A stretch of 64,000 nucleotides of DNA, taken from Acidobacteriota bacterium (lineage in GTDB: Bacteria; Acidobacteriota; Polarisedimenticolia; Polarisedimenticolales; DASRJG01). Each line of letters opens with the position of its first letter. Within the stretch, counting starts at the first letter, position 1. Both the position numbers and the translations under genes were made by a program. The notes beneath the pieces were generated by a model. That model was not told the origin of the DNA, searched no databases, and saw nothing but the letters and a program-made list of their open reading frames with translations. This document shows positions 1 to 8,260 of this stretch, in pieces. The DNA lies in contig JAQBEH010000057.1 in assembly GCA_032124015.1 (NCBI GenBank), positions 3,584 to 67,583 on the forward strand. Direction: 5' to 3'.

Positions 1-729
<729 letters not shown>

Positions 730-863
730 TATTTGGAACCGGTGCAAGCACCGGAACACTAACGACTGAAGATCTCTCGAGCCGATCGTCGCTTTCGCGC
801 GTCGGCTGCGAGCACTACAAAGCACAAACTTCAGCTTCTGCAAGGCTGGCACGTTCTATTTAG

Positions 864-876
864 TTTTCAAAGAACA
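864..876 (-). promoter_or_regulatory. rrn leader boxA antitermination element
   Basis: Minus strand reads TGTTCTTTGAAAA, matching boxA, about 135 nt upstream of the 16S 5' end. Confidence 0.75.
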
Positions 877-964
877 TCGAACGAGAATCGCCGTGCCGTG
901 ACCCCCGTTGGGGCCTCGTCACGTCAAAGGTTCTTTGAACCCATTCCCGTGCGAAGCGTCGGCC

Positions 965-992
965 ATGTTACCAACGATTTGGTTCGCCGCAA
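965..992 (-). promoter_or_regulatory. Sigma70-type rRNA promoter
   Basis: Minus strand TTGCGG-N16-TAACAT with an extended TG before the -10, upstream of boxA. Confidence 0.65.
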
Positions 993-1079
993 GAGAATCC
1001 AGAAAATATCTTGGCGTTTGTGGCGAGCGGATCGGTCGGGAATGCAAGTAGCTGAACCGCTTGGAGTTAGTCGACCAAG

Positions 1080-1109
1080 AAAAAAGAGGGGGCGCATCCG
1101 CGCCCCCTC
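1080..1109 (-). terminator. Intrinsic terminator after the TBDR gene
   Basis: Minus strand GAGGGGGCGC-GGAT-GCGCCCCCTC (10-bp stem) then TTTTTT, about 35 nt after the stop codon. Confidence 0.85.
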
Positions 1110-1143
1110 CCTAGGAAAAACCGAGCGAATGGCTACTGCGAGC

Positions 1144-4100
1144 TCAGAAACTCCACTTCGCGAAGGCCCGAATCGAGCGCGGAGCCTGGTAGGTGAGCGG
1201 ATTGCTGTAGTCAGGATCGGTCACGCCAGCCTGCAACTCGACGTTGTCGTCCGAGGCCGTGATCACCTGTGTGTTGAACACGTTGAACACCGTTGCACCG
1301 AAAGTGAACGTCGCCCAGCGATTGAACTGGTGGCTCCAGCTGACGCTCAAGTCGAGTCCGACCAACGTGGCGGTGCGTCCCAGGAATCCACGACCGGCGT
1401 CGCTGTACGTGTACAGGTGCGGGAACGCCCACGACCCGGCCGAGTAAGCACCCGGATCCGCGAAGAAGGCATTCGCGGAGCCTTTCTGGAAACAGTAGGC
1501 CGCTCCGCAGGGCGTAACGAGTGGATTTAATGTTGGATCCGAGTACCAGTAATAGATCGGGTTGTTCCCGGGTACTTCGCCCGCGTTTTGATAGAAACCG
1601 TTCGGGTGCGCGAGAAGCGGTGTTCTCGGAGTGCCCGCTGAGACGTTCAATGCGCCACCAAACGTCACCCCGTTATCCATGGAGTACGAACCGAACATCT
1701 TCAATGCGAACGGGACGTCGTTGTTGAGTGGCCCCGCCTGGAACTGTCCTGCGAGGAGCCCAGAATTAGGGAAGTCGAACAGCGACGTGACGTTGGGGTC
1801 CGATTGACCGTTGTCGTTGCGGTAGAGACCTTCGTAGTTACCCCGAAGGCTCGCGAAGCGCATGTTGCCAGAGAAGAGCCAGTGATTCCCGAAACGTTTA
1901 TTGAGGACCAACTCGAGCGCGTAGTACTTGCGAACCGCCGAGGGAAACCCGCCGGGAGTGTTCTCTCCGGGATTGGCGAGCACGTAGTCTCCGAAATACT
2001 GCGACCCATAAGTCGGGAAGGGAATCTGGTCGATACCGGCCGCACCCACCGGTCCGAGGTAGTACTGAATGTAGTAGTTTTCCGTCGCCTCGACGCTGTT
2101 GAACTGCACGTCCTCGAGACTTCGACCCTGCTCGCGGTAGATGCCGCGAATCTCGTAGGAGACATCACGCCCGAGTTCCTGCTGCCATCCCAGGACGTAC
2201 TCGTCGACGAACGGGAGTTTCGTTCCATCCGCGACGGAAGTCTGCCCGCCACGGACCGAGCCGGCCCGGGTCTGGTCGGCGGTTTTGGGGCCGCCGGCGA
2301 TGAGATCCCAGTCCGCATAGATCGTCGTTCCAAGTCCCGCCTCGTTCGAGAGCGCGCGAATTGCGAGGTCGTTGGGAACGCGCTCGTAGTAGCGGGCTGC
2401 GTTCACAAAGGCCTTGCTGCGGCCGTCGCCCGATGTGTCCCACGTCAAGCCGATGCGGGGCGCATAGACCCATGGGAACTTATATGTGCCGGCACTGACC
2501 GACGCCGATGCGTCGGCCGGCGCACCCGGCAAGTTGGGGTCAACGGAGTCGGGATAGTAGTACTGCAACACGTACTCACCCGCACCGGTCAGTTTCTGCT
2601 GACTGGCGCGAATGCCGGCCTTCAAGGTCCAGTTCTCGGCAAACGTAAACGTGTCCTGTAGGAAGATCGCGTAATCATCCGTCTTTGTGGGGCCGGGGGT
2701 CGGACTGTAACGGCCACGATTGGTGCGCCAACTGAGGTCGCCCGTCGACGCGTCCTGTCGGAGCAGCGCGTTGACTCCACCCCTGGACTCGAGCAGGACG
2801 TAACAGTTCGTTGCATACGGCGGACCGGTGTCAGGACACGGCGTATTGAGCGTTCCGGCCGGTGCCGGTGCGGCACCGGTGCGCGAGAACTTGACCTGGA
2901 TATTGGATCCCGAGTATTCCTGGGCGTCAGTGTATTCGATCTGATTGTAGTCGAGGCCACCCTTCAGTTCGTTGTTGCCCATGACCCACGTCAGGACGAC
3001 CTTGGCCTGCGCGTTCGTGTCCTCCGAATTGGAGTAAAAGCCGATGCCTCCGTTCCTCCAAATCGCGGCATTGTCGCGAGACTGGCCGGGGCCACAAAAG
3101 GCTGGGCTCAGGAAGCAGCGGAGCTGCCTCTGATCGTCATAACGAGACTTGTTGAGCGCCGACGTCTCTTCGAAATTCCCGTTGTGATATCCAAGAATGG
3201 CCTGCATGAAAAACGTCGGGGTGAACACCGCGTCGTACTTCAGCGAATAGTTGTTGGCACCGTAGCTGATCGACGAGTTCCCACCGCCTTCCGGGAAGTC
3301 GATATTGCGCAGCGAGAAGCGTTGCGGGCCGAGGTCGCCGTCAGACGGGTCTCCGAAGGCGGTCAGTTCGAGTCGATGATTCGGACTCGCGTACCAAGTC
3401 AGCTTGGCGGCATAGTTGTCCGATGTCCGCTTTTGTGTCTGGATTCCCGCAACCGCCGCTGGATACTCCGGCGTGGGCCTGAACTGAATCGGTCCGCCGA
3501 TCGTAGCAGTCGGCAGGGGGATGTTCTGGATCGTGCCTGAGGCATAAGTCGTTACTGGGTTGTAGGCAAGGAAGTAGAACAGTTTGTCCTTGACGATGGG
3601 CCCGCCAATCGAGAGGCCTAGGTCGTATTGCGCGTTGTCGTTCCAATTGCCCTTGGCCGGATTGAAAGCACCTACGAACAGTCTGGCCTGTTCGTAGCTG
3701 TCGGTGACGCCGCTGGCGTAGAGTCCGACGGATCCCGACAAGTTGTTGGTTCCGGTTTTCACGACGGTGTTCACGACGCCGCCCGTGGCCTGACCGTACT
3801 CGACGTCGATGCCGCCTGTTTTCACCTGAACTTCTTCGAGGAAGTCGTAGGTGACACCGGTACCGAGCGAGCCGTAGACGGCGTTATACGTTCCGATTCC
3901 GCCGTACCCGGTGCTCGTGATGTTTACGCCGTCAACGATGTAGGAATTTTCGAGGCCTGACGAACCTGAGATCGAGTCGTTGCCGGCACCGGTGCCGCCA
4001 CCGCTCGACACGCCAGGCGCTAGCGTGAGCGTCGCTGCGAGGTTGCGACCGACCGGGAGCTGATCGATGAACTTTTCGACCTTGTAGGTGCCCCCGGTCG

Positions 4101-4494
4101 TCACCGACTTGGTGTCCACCACCGGGGCTTGCGCCGTGACGGTGACCGTCTCAGTCTGGCCGGCGACGAGTGTGATGTCCACGCGTGTCCGCGTTGCGAT
4201 GCTGACCCTGACGTCGTCGAGCACCACGGAGGCCTTGTTCGGTGCTTCAGCCCGTACCTTGTAGGTGCCCGGAAGCAGGTTCGCCAGGGTGTAGCGCCCC
4301 TGAGCGTCGGTGACGGCCGCCGACGGAGATCGATTGGCGATACCCGTCACGGTCGCCCCTTCGACCGCGTTTCCGGCCTGATCACGAACGCGCCCCTCGA
4401 TGATTCCCGTGGTGGATGACTGCGCCCAGGCTGTCACCGACACGAGGAGTGCCGCAGCCCAAAGTGACAGTATCCGAGACCATCTATTGACCAT
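1144..4494 (-). CDS. Oar-like TonB-dependent receptor with N-terminal carboxypeptidase-regulatory-like domain
   Basis: Signal peptide, IEGRVRDQAGNAVEGATV domain, plug motifs (ENSYIVDGVNIT, EYGQATGGVVNTVVKTGTN), C-terminal Phe. Start chosen from AGGAGG upstream of GTG/ATG at 4497/4494. Confidence 0.92.
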   Translation of the reverse strand: MVNRWSRILSLWAAALLVSVTAWAQSSTTGIIEGRVRDQAGNAVEGATVTGIANRSPSAAVTDAQGRYTLANLLPGTYKVRAEAPNKASVVLDDVRVSIATRTRVDITLVAGQTETVTVTAQAPVVDTKSVTTGGTYKVEKFIDQLPVGRNLAATLTLAPGVSSGGGTGAGNDSISGSSGLENSYIVDGVNITSTGYGGIGTYNAVYGSLGTGVTYDFLEEVQVKTGGIDVEYGQATGGVVNTVVKTGTNNLSGSVGLYASGVTDSYEQARLFVGAFNPAKGNWNDNAQYDLGLSIGGPIVKDKLFYFLAYNPVTTYASGTIQNIPLPTATIGGPIQFRPTPEYPAAVAGIQTQKRTSDNYAAKLTWYASPNHRLELTAFGDPSDGDLGPQRFSLRNIDFPEGGGNSSISYGANNYSLKYDAVFTPTFFMQAILGYHNGNFEETSALNKSRYDDQRQLRCFLSPAFCGPGQSRDNAAIWRNGGIGFYSNSEDTNAQAKVVLTWVMGNNELKGGLDYNQIEYTDAQEYSGSNIQVKFSRTGAAPAPAGTLNTPCPDTGPPYATNCYVLLESRGGVNALLRQDASTGDLSWRTNRGRYSPTPGPTKTDDYAIFLQDTFTFAENWTLKAGIRASQQKLTGAGEYVLQYYYPDSVDPNLPGAPADASASVSAGTYKFPWVYAPRIGLTWDTSGDGRSKAFVNAARYYERVPNDLAIRALSNEAGLGTTIYADWDLIAGGPKTADQTRAGSVRGGQTSVADGTKLPFVDEYVLGWQQELGRDVSYEIRGIYREQGRSLEDVQFNSVEATENYYIQYYLGPVGAAGIDQIPFPTYGSQYFGDYVLANPGENTPGGFPSAVRKYYALELVLNKRFGNHWLFSGNMRFASLRGNYEGLYRNDNGQSDPNVTSLFDFPNSGLLAGQFQAGPLNNDVPFALKMFGSYSMDNGVTFGGALNVSAGTPRTPLLAHPNGFYQNAGEVPGNNPIYYWYSDPTLNPLVTPCGAAYCFQKGSANAFFADPGAYSAGSWAFPHLYTYSDAGRGFLGRTATLVGLDLSVSWSHQFNRWATFTFGATVFNVFNTQVITASDDNVELQAGVTDPDYSNPLTYQAPRSIRAFAKWSF

Positions 4495-4603
4495 CACACG
4501 TCCTCCTGGTTCGGAAAAATTCTGCCCAAGCTGTGAAACTGGAAAAACAAGACTGGCGTTAAAGGCTTCCAAGAACCGAATCCCCCTGACCGGGAAATAC
4601 TAA

Positions 4604-4620
4604 AGCAGCTTCAGTGCCAG
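4604..4620 (-). promoter_or_regulatory. Candidate sigma54 (-24/-12) promoter for the TBDR
   Basis: Minus strand CTGGCACTGAAGCTGCT has GG-N10-GC spacing. Confidence 0.65.
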
Positions 4621-4785
4621 TCAAGCAAAGGTTCATCCAGTTATTCAAATCTCTTGTTTGCAATGATTTAAATCGGGACATCCGTAGTCGTTTTGGGCAA
4701 AGCGGCCTCGTTGAATCCAATACTTTGGAACTCGCGCCATTTGTGGATTTGTCGCGGTTGTCGGGCATCACGCTAGAATCGCGCG

Positions 4786-6957
4786 ATGAGACGTCGATCG
4801 ACAGCCTTCCTCTCCACCCTCATGGGCTTCGCATTGGCGGTGGCCGCCCCCCCGGCGGCTCCCCCGGCGGAGCGTATCGAGGTGCGGCTGGCCCAGTTCG
4901 ATGTCGTCGTCCGCGACAAGTCCGGAGCCATCGTGACCGGTCTTGGTCCCGAAGCCTTCACGGTTCTGGAGGATGGTTCGCCGATGGAAATCGTCGCCGT
5001 AGACGAGTGGGGAGTAGCCACCCCGAAAACCGCGTCGCCACAGCCTGACCCCTCGTCGACGGCGACCGAGCAGGGGCTGGCGGTCCCGCCGGCGAAGCCC
5101 GCCGCCTCAGGCACGGAACCCGAGCGCCGGAGCTTCGTCTTGGTTTTCGACGCCCTCGGGCCATCGACCGCACTCCGCATGAATCAGGCCAAACGGGCCG
5201 CGGCCAGATTCGTCCGCGCCCACTTGCGGCCGGAAGACCTGGCCGCTGTGTACCAGCTCGACTTATCTCTGCGCGCGGTTTCCGGGGTCACCGCGGACGC
5301 CGACGAGATCGTTCGAGGGATCGATAAGATCACCTGGATGTCGCCCTCGAGTATTCAGGATGACATCGTCGAGTCGGTTCTGTCCGGCGCATCGGTCGGA
5401 TCCGCCCCGTTGATGACAGAGCGCATGGGACATCTCTCGGTAACCGCCGCGGAGCAATTGGACTGGCAGCGCGAACACTTCTACGTGGCATTGAGCGACC
5501 TGGCCTCGTTGTTTGGGGGGCTTCCGGGACGACGCGTGCTGGTGCTCGCTTCCCCCGGGTTCCCCATGATGACCCCGGGTGACGCAAAAACGGGTGCCGG
5601 CGGGTTCACCTTGAAGTTTCGCGCGTTGATCCGAACGCTCGCGGCGTACGGCGTTACGGTCTATTCGCTCGACATCGGCAACGACCTTGCCACCGGGGAC
5701 GCAAGCGAGAAAATCGACTGGCGCGTAGCCGTCGGCAAGCTGGGCATGGACGAAAACACGCTTTTGGATCTCGGCCTCGAACGCTCGATGGGGACGGGCT
5801 CGGCCACGTCACGCCGCGAGTTTCTCGGCGTGATCGCCGCGGAGAGCGGAGGACAATTGTTCGCGCAGACCGATCTCTCAAAGGCGTTCGCTGCGATTCA
5901 GGAGGAGTCCACGCGGTTCTACCGCATCTCCTGCCGCGTCCCGGTGACACGCACCGCCGATCGTTATCGCAAGCTGCTCATCAAGGTGAATTTCCCCAGC
6001 GCCGTCGTCACGAGCCGCCGCGGTCGGTACAGCGACATCACGCCGCATGAGGACCTGTCGTCCGGCGCGGTCGCAGCGGTCGAATCCCTCGATCGCTACC
6101 GGCCGGTCACCGCCCGCGGGATCGCTCTCACACTCCCCGGAAGCGACCCCAAGAAAGTCCCGGTCGAAGTCGTCCTCGAAGCTCTCGGTCCCATCCAACT
6201 CCCGATCAACGCTGACGGTGGTGCCTCACTGGACGTTGAGTTCCATCTCGTCGCGCGTGCCGAGGGAGAGATCGTGGACCGGTACGAGCGCTCCTTCACA
6301 GCGCGAGTCAAGCCGGACGGAGTCGCCGCAATTCAGAAGGCGTTTCGTGTGGAAGGGCGATTGTCGCTCGTTCCCGGGATCTACGAGCTCCAGGGATCGG
6401 TGCGCCTCGGCGATCCACCCCAATTGGCGTCGTGGTCCGCGACGGTTGCGGTGGCGCCACCACCCAAGGGGAACGTGCCGGCATTCGTGGGCGTCGTCCT
6501 CAGCGCGGAGAATGAGTCGGAGGCTCCCCTCTTGAGCCGCCCGCCGATCCCCGAGGAATCGGATCCGTTGTCCCTCAGGCCGGGGGCGCGAATCCTCCCG
6601 GCGACTCGCTCCGATTTTGAGACCGGCGGGGGCCTCCTGGCTCTCTTCTGGCTGCGGGGCATTCCTGACGCCGGGGACCAGCCCCCCGCGCTCGACCTCA
6701 CTGTCGAGATCGCTGACGGCGAGGGGCATCCGGTAGCGTTAGAAACGAAGATCCTGTTCTTCGGGAAAGAGCCCAGCGGAGGCTACCGCGCCGTAGCCCG
6801 ATTGGACACAGCGTCGTTGACCGCCGGCAGTTACGCGCTGCTCCTCACCGCGGCGGTCACGGGACAGGAGGCGCCGCCGGCTCGACAATCCGTCGCCTTT
6901 ACGCTTCACGCGAAAGAACCGCCGGAGGCTACTTCTGCTTCGGCTGAATCGCCTTGA
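4786..6957 (+). CDS. Exported VWA-domain protein (VWFA-related Acidobacterial type)
   Basis: Signal peptide, VRLAQFDVVVRDKSG..GL...F.V.EDG N-terminus, RRVLVLASPG and IAAESGG VWA features, C-terminal beta-rich domains. Confidence 0.85.
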   Translation: MRRRSTAFLSTLMGFALAVAAPPAAPPAERIEVRLAQFDVVVRDKSGAIVTGLGPEAFTVLEDGSPMEIVAVDEWGVATPKTASPQPDPSSTATEQGLAVPPAKPAASGTEPERRSFVLVFDALGPSTALRMNQAKRAAARFVRAHLRPEDLAAVYQLDLSLRAVSGVTADADEIVRGIDKITWMSPSSIQDDIVESVLSGASVGSAPLMTERMGHLSVTAAEQLDWQREHFYVALSDLASLFGGLPGRRVLVLASPGFPMMTPGDAKTGAGGFTLKFRALIRTLAAYGVTVYSLDIGNDLATGDASEKIDWRVAVGKLGMDENTLLDLGLERSMGTGSATSRREFLGVIAAESGGQLFAQTDLSKAFAAIQEESTRFYRISCRVPVTRTADRYRKLLIKVNFPSAVVTSRRGRYSDITPHEDLSSGAVAAVESLDRYRPVTARGIALTLPGSDPKKVPVEVVLEALGPIQLPINADGGASLDVEFHLVARAEGEIVDRYERSFTARVKPDGVAAIQKAFRVEGRLSLVPGIYELQGSVRLGDPPQLASWSATVAVAPPPKGNVPAFVGVVLSAENESEAPLLSRPPIPEESDPLSLRPGARILPATRSDFETGGGLLALFWLRGIPDAGDQPPALDLTVEIADGEGHPVALETKILFFGKEPSGGYRAVARLDTASLTAGSYALLLTAAVTGQEAPPARQSVAFTLHAKEPPEATSASAESP

Positions 6958-8191
6958 GGACTTCTTGGGTCTCCGGCGCAAGACGGCCCGAAGGATCGAG
7001 TTCGAGACACTTCTTGAACGAGACGATCGCGTCGGCGTTCTTGCCGTCCCGCAACTGGAGTTTTCCGAGTAGCCCGTAGGCCATTGCGAGGTCGGAGTTC
7101 GAGGCCTTGCTCTCGGTGACGCGGCGGAACATCGACTCGGCGTGGCCGTAGTCCTTCTTGTTGAAGTACGAGATGCCGACGTTCAGCATCGCGAGCGGGT
7201 CGTCCGCACCCACATCCTTGGCCTTGTCGAGAATCGCGGCGGCCTTGTCAGGCTGCCCCGCTTTCGCGTAAAGAGCCGACAGCTCGATATAGGCTTCCGG
7301 CCGAGTCGGAGCTACGGTCATCGCTTTTTCGAACGTGGCGATCGCGGCGGCGTCCTGTCCCTGGTCTCGCTGCACGGCGCCGAGGCTCAGCAACGCGTCG
7401 ATTTGTATCTCCAGCGGGACGTCGGTGCCCTCGAGTTCTTTCTTGAAGGCGGCCTCCGCCTCCGGGAGGCGGTTATTCCGCGCGTAGACCTTGCCCATGA
7501 GCGTGCTCGGTCCCGGGAAATTGGCATCTAACTCGACGGACTTCGTGAGGGCGGCTAGCGCCTCGTCGTCATGCTCGAGCACCGCATCGCAGTAGCCCGC
7601 CAAGTAGAACGCCCTCGCGTTCGTCGGATTGTCGAGGGTGAATTTCTCGATCTGTGGAAGGGCCCCAGCACAGTCACCGTTTTGCACCTGTTGAGCGAGA
7701 AGCACGTACGCCTGATCACCAGTCCCAACCATTTTCTCCCCGGCCGCCGTCGTCACCTCGGTGGCCTTGCCGATGACGAGATCGCACGTGATCTCCATAC
7801 CGTCTTCGACTTCGATCTCGGTCGGCTTGTCGAGCGCCACCCGGCCGTCGAGCTTCCACTCCGGAGTCTTCTTCTTCTTTCCGGCGCCGTCGAGGTCGAA
7901 CGCTTCCGCCTTGATACTCACCAGGGCGAAACCGGCCGCGTCCACTTTCACGATGTAGCGCCCGGGACGGATGATCCCGAACAGGTAGGAGCCCTTCTTC
8001 CCTTTGGTGACCTGCTCGACACGGGCCCCCTGCTCGACGGGCTCCAAGGTCACCCTCACGTCCCGAACCCCGGCTCCGCTCTCGTCGAGAACCGCGCCGT
8101 ACATTCTGGCCTGTTGCGCCAACGCGCCGGTCGAGCCGAGCGCTGTCACGAAGATGAAGCCCACGATCGATCCCATCCATCGATTTCTCAT
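6929..8191 (-). CDS. Exported carboxypeptidase-regulatory-like domain plus TPR-repeat protein
   Basis: AGGAGG RBS, signal peptide ending ALA-QQ, GAVLDESGAGV beta-sandwich, several TPR repeats. The 3' end overlaps the VWA gene by 29 bp. Confidence 0.85.
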   Translation of the reverse strand: MRNRWMGSIVGFIFVTALGSTGALAQQARMYGAVLDESGAGVRDVRVTLEPVEQGARVEQVTKGKKGSYLFGIIRPGRYIVKVDAAGFALVSIKAEAFDLDGAGKKKKTPEWKLDGRVALDKPTEIEVEDGMEITCDLVIGKATEVTTAAGEKMVGTGDQAYVLLAQQVQNGDCAGALPQIEKFTLDNPTNARAFYLAGYCDAVLEHDDEALAALTKSVELDANFPGPSTLMGKVYARNNRLPEAEAAFKKELEGTDVPLEIQIDALLSLGAVQRDQGQDAAAIATFEKAMTVAPTRPEAYIELSALYAKAGQPDKAAAILDKAKDVGADDPLAMLNVGISYFNKKDYGHAESMFRRVTESKASNSDLAMAYGLLGKLQLRDGKNADAIVSFKKCLELDPSGRLAPETQEVLKAIQPKQK

Positions 8192-8260
8192 AGGTGCCTC
8201 CTGGCGCTCCACGGCGACGCGGGGGGAGGATTCTAGCCCCGACGCGCTAGAATCGCGATC

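Noticed and set aside
846-862. CTGGCACG resembling a sigma54 -24 box on the plus strand
   Set aside because: There is no -12 GC at the right spacing, and it is antisense to the rrn leader.
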